A stretch of 64,000 nt of DNA from Octopus vulgaris (taxonomy: Eukaryota). Below the pieces are notes generated by a model. It did not search any database. It was not told the DNA's origin and saw only the letters and a list, made by a program, of their open reading frames with translations. Position numbers and translations under genes: made by a program. The DNA is taken from positions 48,360,001 to 48,424,000 of the forward strand of contig OX597835.1 of assembly GCA_951406725.2 (NCBI GenBank). The letters run 5' to 3'. Positions 30,510 to 43,140 of this stretch are shown here, in pieces (positions within the stretch are counted from its first letter, which is position 1; the number at the start of each line of letters is the position of its first letter).

Positions 30510-30710
30510 AAGGTGGTGAACTGACAGAATCGCTAGCTCTTCAGTGAAATGTGTAGCAGCATTTCTTCAGAGCTCTAATCCCAGCAAGGTAGTTTTCGCT
30601 CTCCATTGTCTCAGGGTCGTTTAATTAAAGTGCCAATCAAGTAACTAGCTCGATGGTATTTACTACCACTACTCTGTTCAAAATTCCTCGCCTAGAAGCG
30701 AAATCTAGTA
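30510..30710 (+). mobile_element. SINE family B, decayed, directly after (ATT)n
   Basis: AAGGTGGTGAACTGACAGAATCGCTAGC head. Confidence 0.6.
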
Positions 30711-31938
30711 TCATTGCTTTTGTTGTTGTTGTTAATGTTATTGTTTTTCTTTATTCGCCATAAACTTTCGAGATAATATATGTAAAAGTAAGGGATTGAA
30801 GCTCACTTTAATTGAATTAGTGTCATTCTCCTTTGTGGTTGGTAGAATTCAACACTAATATTATATCCCTAACTAACGCGGGGTACCATAAGCGGTGGCC
30901 TAGGAGCAATTCAAGTACCGCAGGTCACAGTATGTATCGCTTCTTTAAGAGGAATTTCCATGTCAAGTTATTATGGTCGATTTCCAAAATGTCTTTTTAC
31001 TGCCAGTGCTTCCGGGTTCATCGTAATAATCGCAATAATCGATCTTCTCAGAATGAGCATGTAGTTCTCTTGTGCTAACTGGATATAGAGTGGACAGGGG
31101 TTGAAGAGATGTTGAAATGTTACAGCGAAGTGTTTTCTCGTAGGCCAAACCCTCACCAACTTTGCCGAATAATATCTGAGGAGAATGGCAACAATGTACA
31201 ATAAATTTCAAGATAGGTGAATGAGCGTGGCGCAGTTGGTGTGGCTACATGAGCTTAATTGGATACAGTAACCGTAGGTTAGCGATAAGACTTAAAACGA
31301 ACATTGCTTTATGTGTGTCAGGTGAAGTCGTTGTTCTTTTATTTTCGTGGTTGATGTTTCGCACGTGTTGTTATTGGTGTTATGTGTTATATCTCAGGTA
31401 GTTTTGGCGGAACGCTTTTCAACCTCCTCAAGCCACTCCAATTTTAATCATTCCAGGTTTAATTTTAATTAAGTATTCATGTTGACCAGAACATTTTTGA
31501 ACGTGTTAGTAAAATTTATAATTTTTAACTATTTGAGTCGTTCGACAAACTACAAAAGTGCAGAACAGAGATCGCATAGCAGGGAGATAAAAATGAACAG
31601 AAAGAATGCTAAAAGCATTTTTGTCCTTCAGCTAAACATTTCAGGGTGACATTGAAAACCCTTAAATAAGAAACGAAATGATGAGAGAAAGGAAAATTAG
31701 TGATTCAGTATCACTTATCATAATTGTCTTTACGGTTTGCTTCCTGATAGTTTCCCTCCTTGAAGCTGCTGCTACCACATGAGATAATAAAGCTGCGCTA
31801 AGCTAGCGAAATCTCCGTAAGCTCCACTTCGACAACTGATAAAGGAAGCCTTCGTTTTATAGACCTTGTAGTTTTGATCTCGTTTTTTTTTTGTGCCTTA
31901 TAAGTATTCGGTACTCTCTGTTACTGTGATATGTGTGT

Positions 31939-31979
<41 letters not shown>

Positions 31980-32662
31980 TGTGTGTATGTGCGTACTAGA
32001 AACAAGCCTTCATCGTTGAAATGTTGAAAGCAAAATACAATGTCATGTACAAACAAATTGAACATGAGAAAATCCTTCATAGTTTTACTGTTCTTATACA
32101 CAAATTATAAATTCACATTTATATCAATAATAATTGCTCCACTAGTCTTTTTGAGTAAACGCCTAAATGACAATCTGGATAAGTTAGAGTTTTCTGAAAA
32201 AGAAATCAACAAACTGTCAGTGGCAGTGTTCCAGTATGGCCACAGTCATAGGGTTGAAACGTATTAAGAAGTAAACTAAGTCGCGCGTTACAAATACGAA
32301 CTCTATTTGAAGCGTGTTCGCCAGTTGATAGGTTTTCTTGAGAACTGCAGCTTCTTCAGCACTAACGAAGCGCGCCAATTATTATTGATAGAAACGTGAT
32401 TTTATAATCTAGATATGGAATCTGCTTTATCTGAAGCAGTTGCCCGAAGTTATCCTCTTCCAGTTTTGATTTTAGAAGAGGTATTCACATCATTCACATA
32501 TGAGTGAATGCATATGTATTTTTATGCATGTATAGATGTATACAGGTGTGTGTGTGTGTGTGTAAACATATATATGCTATGTATGATCAATAAGTATCCG
32601 GACTGTTGCCAAACTAACGACATTAAAGCACGCAGAGTAAAGCCTCTTGGTACAGACTGACC

Positions 32663-32748
32663 ATATGGCGTAGTGGTTAAGAACGCGGGCTACTAACCCC
32701 AAGATTCCGAGTTCGATTCCAAGCAGTGATCTGAACAACAACAACAAC

Positions 32749-32803
<55 letters not shown>

Positions 32804-32984
32804 TCGAAAAATATCATAGGAATGGGAACCCAGGTTCGAAATTTCCCCAAGATACATGAAGAAGGTTGGAGGGTATATCAGCCGAAATGTTGTGTTGACA
32901 ACAAACGAAATGAGGACAGATATACTTTGAATTTAAATAATGTAAATAATGCACATAATTCCTCATCTCTTAAATAAAGGACTG
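32663..32984 (+). mobile_element. tRNA-headed SINE with internal (AAT)n and hammerhead-bearing 3' tail (copy 1)
   Basis: A-box TGGCGTAGTGG (32666), anticodon-like arm GGG-CTACTAA-CCC, B-box GAGTTCGATTCC (32709), (AAC/AAT)n 32734-32802, decayed HHR 32851-32896. Colinear with 35209-36220. Confidence 0.85.
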
Positions 32985-33037
32985 AACACGCTCTCTCTAT
33001 ATATATAAGTGGAGTAAGAAGACACACGAAAAGGAAA

Positions 33038-33086
33038 AGTGTCGCTGAAGAGGTCACAGATGTGTGACAAAAGATTTCCGGACACT
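33038..33086 (+). ncRNA. decayed hammerhead-like motif
   Basis: AGUGUCG-CUGAAGA-GGUCACA(GAUG)UGUGAC-AAAA-GAUUUC-CGGACACU; stems I and II are present but CGAAA is mutated. Confidence 0.4.
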
Positions 33087-34022
33087 AGCCATGAGTTAAA
33101 ATAATAAAATAAGAATAGTAACAAACGAGAGAAGAATATTTGTATAGTATTCTTGTTTCTGCCTGTCTCTGTCTCTCTTGTGTTCTCTTGTGGGTTCGAG
33201 GTCGTTGTGAATTCTTGGCAGGGAAGATGAGCCTACCTCATGGCAGGAAACACTGATGAGAGCAGCGGCATCAAACTCCCTCATTCACTAAATGCCACAT
33301 ATCAGAAAAGGTTTCAGATAATAATGGAGTGGCACAGTCAATGGTGGTGCCCCAGCATGAGCGCTGCTTCAAAGCTGAAACACTCCAAAGAATTAAAGAA
33401 ACAAAGAATACACACACACACACATATACATATATATATATACACGTATATATATATATATATACATACAGACACTATATATATAAATATATAAAATATA
33501 CATACATATATATATTTAAAGTAAACATAACTGGTAACACCACCCCAACCACCACCATCCCCAGCACATAACTAACCGTAACACTATCCTGGAACCACAT
33601 TAGCTACCTCCTACCATACCCCTCAACCTAGTGACCTCTACCGTACATATCCCATACAACGCCACCGCCACTCACACCCCCTTCTTACTCTTTTCTAACC
33701 GACTTGCCCTTAATTTTCTCTAAAATAATCATTTGACCTACAATTCGTCGTTATTGTTTCTTCGTTTTGTTTTTATTTCATTTTGGTAATTAGAATAATC
33801 TATATTTTCTATCGAAACCAGACCTGTAGTAAAACCATTTAAACACTCAGTGTGTGTGCGTGTGTGTGTGTGTGTGTATGTGTGTGTGTGTGTGTGTGTG
33901 TGTACGCATGTTTGTGTGTATGTATGTATATTCTGATATGTGTATGAAACATTAGTAATTCATACACGCGAATTCAAGAACTCAAGCATTCATATGCATA
34001 TGTGAATATGTGTGTATACGTA

Positions 34023-34087
<65 letters not shown>

Positions 34088-34094
34088 GTTTGTC

Positions 34095-34134
<40 letters not shown>

Positions 34135-35136
34135 CATATAGATGTACCTATCTTGTCCGTATATATATACATATATACAAACGTAAATATATGTGTATCC
34201 ATATATATTATGTATACATATATATATATATATACACACACATATACACACACACATACAGATGTATATATCTTGTTATTGTTGTTGTTGATCTTTTTCT
34301 TCTTCACACATGCTTTTGTATTTTTATATACATTTTTTGTTATATTTCTCCGGTCTATTTTTTTTCTTTTTGTATATTTGTAAGAAAAATTGTTTTGTTA
34401 TTTAAGCAACCAGTAAAACATACATTTTTTAGTTTGAAAACCGTTACTTGAAGTTCGAAACACATATCAGAGTAACTCACTGTAAAAATTTTTATTAAGA
34501 TTAAAATAAAAATTGTCAACCCAAAAGGCCAACAACATGAAATACGAAAACAAATGAGTTAAATACGCAAATAATGAGACAAAAAAAGGACACGTAATAA
34601 CCCTTCATCAGTTGTGTGCTATCAATCTACTCTCCATTTCAAGCAATGAACGACAATATGAGTCTTCGAAAACAGTGGCTCGCATGAATACCAAAATAAA
34701 AGTTTGGATTTATGGGAGGGGGGGGGTTAAATTTGGGAACAAAAACAGGACAGTGGGGACATACAAGGAAACCGAACGAAAACATACATGGAGGGTCGTT
34801 AGTCCAGAACGAGAGGAAAATAGCAAACGCTGAAAGAAATATTTTCTTTGAAAAGAGAAAAAAGAGAGAGAGAGAGAGATAGGGGACGTCCAGTCCTTTG
34901 AACGCCTGTGCAAGGAAGAAAGATGGTCACGGGAGGAAAAGAAAGATGGACGATTGTCGCATGTGAGCAACGAGAGAGAGAAAAAGAGAAAGAGGAGAAG
35001 AGAGAGTCAGATAGAAAACAGTGTATATATATATATATATATATATATATGAATATACGGATATACAGTGTCACTGTGTGTATATACATATATACATGTA
35101 TGTGAATATAATACATATACTTGTACATATATATAT

Positions 35137-35177
<41 letters not shown>

Positions 35178-35296
35178 TATATATATATGAATATAGTTAT
35201 ATTTTCTACAGTTCTATATTTAAGATATGAGGAATTATTTACATTATTTGCATTATTTACATTTGACGTATTTTTGTCCTCATCTTGTTTGTTGTT

Positions 35297-35342
35297 AACA
35301 CAACGTTTCGGCTGAAATACCCTCCAGCCTTCATCAGGTGTC
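35297..35342 (-). ncRNA. minimal type-I hammerhead ribozyme, intact core
   Basis: GACAC-CUGAUGA-A-GGCUG(GAGGGUAUUU)CAGCC-GAAA-CG-UU-GUGUU: 5-bp stems I and II, palindromic ACGU stem III, GUU triplet. Confidence 0.8.
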
Positions 35343-35390
35343 TTGGGGAAAATTTAGAACCTGGGTTCTCATTCCTAAGGTATATTTTGA

Positions 35391-35459
<69 letters not shown>

Positions 35460-35490
35460 CATCATCATCATTATTATTATTATTATTATT

Positions 35491-35984
35491 GAGTGAGAGA
35501 GCAGTGCATGCCATCAAAGTGACACTGGGGTAAAATTTACGAAGCCCAATATACCCATCATGACTACCCGTCTGATAAAGGTACATCAGGCACATGCATC
35601 ACAACCATATGTGCGCGACATGGTGATCTCATATCAAGATAAACAGCACATGACCTTGCAGGTGGGGCCCAGTTAGAATTTTCTTCAGGTTGAGTAGCCC
35701 ATCCCGCTCAAAAGGTCCCTGAATAAGGGTTGTTTAAGGATGTTGAAAGAACCACCCATGTTTCCAGTGGTGAATTATTCAAACTCCAAAGAATCCCTCT
35801 CAACACATGGCTATGATGCTCCCCCACTACTTCTGCTCGTGATCAGAGATGCGCATATCGTCAGCCACTAAGGGACATGCTCAACTGGTTAAGGTCAAAC
35901 AACTGACAAGCAAATCTGTGGTATTGAGCAGAATATTTGCTGTAGCCCATCTTTTATACCAAGAACTGGTTAAGGTCAAACAAC

Positions 35985-35985
<1 letters not shown>
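35491..35985. mobile_element. ~495-bp non-coding interspersed element inserted in (AAT)n
   Basis: Complex, higher-GC block bounded by (ATT)n on both sides within HHR-SINE copy 2. AACTGGTTAAGGTCAAACAACT is duplicated at 35883 and 35964. Confidence 0.6.
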
Positions 35986-36073
<88 letters not shown>

Positions 36074-36232
36074 GTTTGACTTTTGCTTTATATTTGTACA
36101 AGTTGGCTCCAAGTCTCACCCAGAGACTATTATCATTATTATCATTATCCAGGTCACTGCCTGGGATTGAACTCAGTATCTTGAGGTTAGTAGTCAGCGC
36201 TCTTAACCACTACGCCATTTGTCGAGAGATAG

Positions 36233-36269
<37 letters not shown>

Positions 36270-36410
36270 TAGATAGATAGTTAGCCAGCCAGTCAGCCAG
36301 CCAGTCAGCCAGCCAGTCATTCAGCTAGTCAGACAGCCAGACAGACAGACAGGCAGGCAGGCAAGCAGGCAGGCAGACAGACAGGCAGAGAGACGGGTAG
36401 GCAGACAGAC

Positions 36411-36477
<67 letters not shown>

Positions 36478-37025
36478 CTGGTATGTATTTATGTATATAT
36501 GTGTGTGTGTAGACATACGTATATATACATACACACACCTCCTTACGAGCTGGCTACAGCCCCATCATCACACCATCAAGTGGTCTATTTAAATTCCACC
36601 AAATAAACACACTGAATAACAATGAATCTGTTCGGTTTAAATATCACAGATCGTGTGTTAATTGTGTAAATAAACAGACATTAGACACGGTATTCAAATC
36701 TGCACAAAGGCAGCACTTCCTCTAACCTCCGCAAAGAAACACACTGTTACCAAAGCCTTTTAGATATATGTTCTGTTGTATCAGCATAACGCATAGATTC
36801 TCTAGAAAATCCTTCAGCTAAATTTCTTTTAGCGTTTGTTCAAGAACTGAAGTTAGTGTCCCGTCTCCAAGACATTTTCTCATGGCTTCCAACAGGATAA
36901 CCGGAAGAAGAAGCGACATGCATGTGAAGTTTCTGTCGGAGGCCGTACACGAAGGTCCCTTCGAACAAGAACACTTACCCAGTGGGTTGCAACGGAGCTA
37001 ATACGGTATTAACACCTAATACTCG

Positions 37026-37800
37026 GGTGGCGGCAGTGGGGGTGATGATGGTGGCGATGGCGGCGGTGATGGTGGCAGCGGTGGTGGTGGTGGTGGTGGT
37101 GGTGGTGGTGGTGGTAGTGTTGGTGGTGGTGGTGGTGGTGGTAGCGGTGTAGCGGTGCCAGCAGCGGTGGTGGTGGTGGTGGTGGCGATGATGGTGGTGG
37201 TAGTAGCCTGACGGCGAAAGTGGTGGCGGTGGTGGTAGCGGTGGCAGCGGTGGCGGTGGTGGTGGTAGCGGTGGTTGTGATGGTGGCGGTGGCGGTGGAG
37301 GTGGTGATGACGGCGGCGATGGTGGTGGTGATGGTGGTGGCGGTGGTGGTGGTAGCGGTGGTTGTGGTGGTGGTGGTGGCGGTGGTGGTGGTGGTGGTGT
37401 TGGTGGTTGCGGTGGTGGTGGTGTTGGTGGTGGTGGTAGCGGTGGTGGTGGTGGTGGCGGTGGCGGTGGAGGTGGTGATGACGGTGGCGATGGTGGTGGT
37501 GATGGTGGTGACGGTGGTGGTGGTAGCGGTGGTTGTGGTGGTGGTGGTGGCGGTGGTGGTGGTGGTGGCGGTGGTGGTGGTGGTGGTGGCGGTGGTTGTG
37601 GTGGTGGTGGTTGGGGTAGCGGTGCCAGCGGCGGCGGTGGTGGTGGCGGCGATGATGGTGGTGGTAGTAGCCGTGACGGCGAAGGTGGTGGCAGCGGTGG
37701 CGGTGGCGGTGGTGGTAGCGGTGGCAGCGGTGGCGGTGGTGGTGGTAGCGGTGGTTGTGGTGGTGGCAGAGGTTGTGGTGGCGGTGGCAGTGGCGGTTGT
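37026..37800. repeat. degenerate (GGT)n array with higher-order internal duplications
   Basis: GGCGGTGGCGGTGGAGGTGGTGATGACGG recurs about 170 bp apart; 37150-37280 is duplicated at ~37615-37760. Confidence 0.9.
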
Positions 37801-38201
37801 AGTGTTTTTTTCCACTGGAAGGAGATGAATTCCAACTACTGAAATGATTAGAATCGATGAAGTTAAGAAAAGTTTATAATTTTACGGGTGAAAAATCCAC
37901 GATAACAAATATCTTCTCTTTTATGTTTTACTTCTTTCAGTCATTAAACTGCGGCCTTGGCGATCCAACTGACTTTGTCATTCTCTTTCACTCAACAGTT
38001 TTGTTACGGTAACGTAAACACAACAAAACCGGTTGCGAAGCGGTGGAGGTAGGGACAATTACAGACACAAAGATACACACACACACACACACTCTCTCTC
38101 TCTCTATCTCCTATTCTCTCTCTCTCTCTCTCTCTCTCACTTGTCTGAGCACGTAGAGGCAGACGATCAGCTGTATAAGCACATCCAGGTAAACCCTAGC
38201 T

Positions 38202-38459
38202 CAGTGGTTCTCAACCATTCTTTACCTATGGAGCCCTTTGATTCCTGTTCTAGTCAGATGGAGCTCCATGGTCATTCAAACTTTAGAAATCCCGTTTTAG
38301 ATTTTCATAATTACACATTATTAGGAATTGTATTAAAAAATTGCCCAAATATTTCGTGTATTTCTCTAAGAGTTTATCCAATTTATTGCAGATAAATTTT
38401 AACATCAAAATCATATGTGGATCCTCAAGGGCCAAATGGACCCCAATTAAGAGACAATG
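38202..38459. mobile_element. hAT (Charlie-like) MITE, decayed
   Basis: Starts CAGTGGTTCTCAACC with a degenerate right TIR TTAAGAGACAATG; 8-bp flanks CCCTAGCT / GTCTAAAT. Confidence 0.5.
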
Positions 38460-38764
38460 GTCTAAATCGTCATTGAATTTGCTAGAAACAACAACTAATT
38501 TCACTCAATTTCAACCATCTTATTTATAAGACACATTAGGTTTTGTAGATCGATGATGGCACAGCTTGTTAATCAACGTTGCGGTAGGAAATTAGACATA
38601 AAAAAGATACACTTACTCTGTGTAAGTTACACATCTGATTTGATATCTGTCTATCTTTATATCTCTCAGTCTCTTTCTTTCTCACTACATATATGTGTGT
38701 ATGTGTGTGTTTGGAGAGGGAGGGAGAAAAAGAGAAAGAAAGAGAGGAGAAGAGAGAGGAATGT

Positions 38765-38836
<72 letters not shown>

Positions 38837-38839
38837 ATA

Positions 38840-38889
<50 letters not shown>

Positions 38890-38907
38890 ATAATAATAAT
38901 AAATAAT

Positions 38908-39486
38908 AACGTTTCTATTTCTCTTTCAATTTCAGAATTACAACTATTAGCGGTTTGAGTTTGGCTGCTCTTTCTAGTGAGTCGAATGTCCTATATGGCC
39001 ATTCCTTATATTTTTGAATGTATATTATATAGTCTTTGACTATCTTTTCTTTCTCGTTGGACCGCTGGTAGCGGAGAATTTTTTCTAGAATTTTTTGTTA
39101 CCCTTATATTTATTAATTAATGATTTTTTGGCTAATTTTGAAATTAAATCAGCAGTTTATATCTGCTGCTGAGAAAACCGCACGATTGCGGTAGATTTTG
39201 AAAATTTATAGCATATAGACTGGAGGCTTCCTTACCATCGCCTCGTGGATATATACTCGTCCTTGGCTTCTCTGCTGACGAGGCACGCCAGTAGTAAATA
39301 AATTTAATTTAATTTAATTAATTCGTTTACTAAAGTTTTGCCGAAACTATGCATAGTCCAGAGATGAAAGAGGTAAACGTTTTTATTTCTCTTTCAATTT
39401 CAGAATTACAACTATTAGTGGTTTGAGTTTGGCTGCTCTTTCTAGTGAGTCGAATGTCCTATTATGGTCATTCCTTATATTTTTGA
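38908..39486 (+). mobile_element. retrozyme-like / non-autonomous Penelope-like unit: ~468-bp monomer plus ~110-bp partial tandem repeat
   Basis: Direct repeats at 38908-39017 and 39376-39486 with few differences, HHR at 39269-39364, flanked by (TA)n, no ORF. Confidence 0.8.
39269..39364 (+). ncRNA. canonical type-I hammerhead ribozyme
   Basis: UCUCUG-CUGACGA-GGCA...UGCC-GAAA-CUAUGCAUAG-UC-CAGAGA: perfect 6-bp stem I, G10.1-C11.1 pair, palindromic stem III, GUC cleavage triplet (cut after 39358). Confidence 0.92.
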
Positions 39487-40579
39487 GAGTATATATATGT
39501 ATATATATATATATATATAAACATTGATGTATGCACACGCACGCACACACACATATATATACAACATAGTGTATGTAAAATATGTATGTACATATGTATG
39601 TATGTCTCTCTCTCTCGCACTCTCCCCCTACCTCTCTCTCTCCCCACACACACAGACACATATATATGTAAGCGTATATGCATGTATATATATATATATA
39701 TACACTCACACACACACGCACGATAACACTCACACAACCTGCAATGTCTTCGCTTATCCACTACTAACATCAACAGCAACAACATCAACAATAAGATGCT
39801 GTGTCTACAAATGACGTTCTGTCAGTTCTGAGATGTCTACACTTGAAACCAACACGGAACAATTCGCCTCATACGTGTAAAACATTGAATATTAACGACC
39901 AACAAACTAAATAGCCAACGTTTTAATAACAAAGGAAACACGCAATGTGTTCAAGAGCCCGGATGTTCATAGGAATCAGTTTGCGATAATATAGCTTTCT
40001 TATGATTTCCACTAAAATCGCACTGTGCATTTTCTATCACTATGCAACCATATAATATTTCTTGAATTTCTGCCTTGGCGTAGTATTGGACACAAACGCT
40101 TGTTATTGAGGGTGTATAAGTGTGGTGTGTAGTATGTGAGAGAATGTCTGCCTGTACATATGCATCTCTATGCATCTAAGGCTATATATACGTATCATTA
40201 TACATAGTGTGTGTGTGTGTGTGTGCGGTCATCGTGTCCAAAATTCTTTTATATAAGTATCAATGAATAAATATTTGGGCACACACAAATACACACACAT
40301 GTGTTTGTATATATATATATTTCTTATGCAGAGCCAGAAAGCCGGGATCTGGAATTATCCAGTCATTTTTGCTAGTTTATTTTGTCTCTTTGCCTTCTCC
40401 CCTGGTACTGTATGTACATTTAATGTGGTTTTAGTGTCATTATTTGGCTGCTATTACCAACGTGGTGGTATCTCTTAGATACCCTAAAATATAATTTTAA
40501 TAATATTTATTACTTTCGAAGGTGTTTATTCCCATGCTGGCTACCTGATAGGATCAGTAAAATAACGATCTTATCCTTA

Positions 40580-41831
40580 TATATAGCTGCCAAAACAACT
40601 TTATGAATTTTAATAATAACACTTACAAACAGGTTTCAGGAACTGCAATGGGTACGAAAGTTGCCCCTATCTAAGCAAACCTGGTGATGGCCTACCCGGA
40701 ATCACATATTTATGAAAAATCCAAATATATGTACGGCCAGTCTTTCCACAAATACTTGTTGGAGAATTGGAAACGCTACTTAGATGATTGCCTCATCCTA
40801 TGGTCCCACACACTCGACCAACTTATTGACTTCGAGAACCTTATCAACAGTGTAAACAACAACATCCAATTCACAATGGAATATAGTCAGGACCAACTCC
40901 CTTTTCTTGACATTCTAATCATTAAAAAAGGCATCAACATTGAAACTGACATCCATTACAAACCCACTGATTCTAAACAATACCTTCTATTTACCTCCAA
41001 TCACCCAAAGCACACAAAGACAAATATCCCCTTCAACCTAGCGAGAAGAATCTGCACAACTGTCTCAAATGACACGACACGAAGTAAAAGACTCCAAGAA
41101 CTAAGGGCAATTCTTCTCGAAAGACATTACCCAGCATCACTAGTGGACAACGGAATAGAACGGGCCAAATCAATTAACACCCAAGACTTAGGAAAACCAA
41201 AACACATCCACAGTACAGTAAATAGCCTCCCCTATCTCTCAACACACAATCCAAGAAATGCAGAAGCTTACACAATTATATACAACAACATTCCACAGCT
41301 AAATCAAGACCCACGTCTAAAAAATTACTCGCAGCCCATAAAATAATAAAAAGTAAAAGACAACCCAAATCCCTAAAAAACCTACTCACCAATGCAAAAT
41401 TGCACAACACAAACCCACCGCCCACCGTCAGAAAATGTGGTCTTTCCAACTGCAGGACTTGCATCCATCTCATTGAAAGATCAGCGTACAAATTCCAGTC
41501 GCGACACACCTTTGTCATAAAAAAAAATTTCACCTGCGTATCAAAAAGTTTACTCTATGTCATAAGGTGTGAAGGGTGCCACGAAGACTACATAGGCCAA
41601 ACGAGCCTTACCCTCAGAGAAAGGATGACAGTTCACCGCCAACAACTGAGGGACCCCACCAAAAGACAGATACCACTTAGTGGACACTTAGACCGCTGTG
41701 CACACAATAAGTCCCCAAAATTCTTAGTCTTCCCACTATACCAATGCCCGGATAGCACCACAGACCAAACATGAATATATAGGGAAAATAATCTTATTCA
41801 AAAATACAGACCACAACTAAACATACTCTAA
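40580..41831 (+). pseudogene. Penelope-like element ORF, 5'-truncated: RT, Cys-rich linker and GIY-YIG endonuclease (Neptune-like)
   Basis: YKQVSGTAMGTKVAP, WKRYLDD, LPFLD, YKPTD..QYL..SNHP, CGLSNCRTC, LLYVIRCEGCHEDYIGQT..LRERMTVH, REN.LIQKY.PQLN. Stops at ~40672 and ~41772; frameshift in an A-run at ~41320. Confidence 0.93.
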
Positions 41832-42778
41832 CATATCCCCCAGGCACACATCCAAAACAAACACACACAGAAACACATACAGATATACAAAATCACACAC
41901 ACAAACAATGCCAACCCCCGACGCAAATACACTTGCACAAGCAGAATATCCTCACACTAGAACACAAACCCTCACACATCCCAAGAAAAAAAACACATAC
42001 ACATATACACTTGCAATAAGATTTTAGCATCCATAACCAACACTTTCACACATATATACACATGTGAACACGGACATGCACACACCTACACACACCATCC
42101 CGAAATTACAAATCACATCCACACAAACACAACCACACACACAGATACACAAACATGCAACTACAAAACAACCCACACAAACACACAAGCATTTACTTAC
42201 ACACACACACAATACGCCCGCACCCCAGTAATAATATCACACACACACACTCACATTCAAAAGGAAAAAACACACATACACGCACATACATGCATACACA
42301 CAAGCATGCATACACACATACATACACACACATACATGCATACACACAAGCATGCACACACACAATGACACACACCTCCCCGACAAATACAAGACACATA
42401 AACACACCCACACAAACACTCCTCACGCATACACACACATTGCACTAACGATACAAACAAAACAAATCACTCACAAATGCAACACACACACTCAGAAACT
42501 ACAGAACTACATAAACCATACCCATACATATACACACACACAAACACCGACCACCCAGATAAACCCAGGCACACACGGACGCACATACGAACAAACACAT
42601 ATACACACACTAGCGCACACGCAACACACTAACAAACATTAACCACACACATACACACAAACCAGCACACATATACACACACCATCATACGAAATTTTAA
42701 AAACACACGCAGACACATCTATTTACACCACAATGGATCCTGGGAATAATCAAAAACGGCCCACACACACAAATACAA

Positions 42779-42811
<33 letters not shown>

Positions 42812-43140
42812 AAGACACACACACTCACACCATTCTGACCTCCATACAGACGCACATATAAACACACATGCGCACACACAGCACCATGACAAATACCGAT
42901 CACGCACACACATACACACACATACACAACAACAAAACAATCACACACACGGATAACAAACGGACACACATATACACACACCATCCAACCAAATTTTACA
43001 AACACACACAGACACATCTATTTACAGCTCAATAAACCCTGGGACTAATCAAAAACGGCCCACACACACAAACACAAACACATGTATATGTATATACACA
43101 CAAAGACACACACACTCGCACCATTCTGACCTCTAAAGAC
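41832..43140 (+). repeat. CA-rich low-complexity tract downstream of the PLE ORF, with a ~300-bp-period duplication
   Basis: CAGACACATCTATTTACA..CCTGGGA.TAATCAAAAACGGCCCACACAC..CACCATTCTGACCTC at ~42670-42842 and ~42970-43133. Confidence 0.8.

Larger units (their letters stand above)
35209..36220 (-). mobile_element. tRNA-headed HHR-SINE (copy 2), split by two nested insertions in its (AAT)n
   Basis: Head 36148-36220 (ATGGCGTAGTGGTTAAGAGCGCTGACTACTAACC..GAGTTCAATCCC). Tail 35209-35393 is homologous to 32803-32984. Confidence 0.85.

Noticed and set aside
32663-32735. tRNA gene (also 4004-4080, 335-410, 36148-36220)
   Set aside because: A and B boxes are present but there is no closing acceptor stem, and each continues into a SINE body.
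34443-34478. Hammerhead remnant GTTACT-TGAAGTTCGAAACACATATC-AGAGTAAC
   Set aside because: Stem I and GAAA are visible but the CUGANGA core and stem II are missing; too decayed to call.
34595-34645. Minus-strand CUGAUGAAGG (also 49565-49585)
   Set aside because: No downstream stem II and GAAA in the required arrangement; a permuted topology could not be supported by eye.
40510-40560. Hammerhead remnant TTACT..AGGTG..TACCT-GATA-GGATC-AGTAA
   Set aside because: Stems fit but both core boxes are mutated.
41772-41774. In-frame TGA in the Penelope GIY-YIG domain as possible selenocysteine (as in Naiad PLEs)
   Set aside because: It falls at an expected Arg (R..RE..LI) and is best explained by CGA-to-TGA decay. 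The ORF has other lesions and I saw no SECIS.
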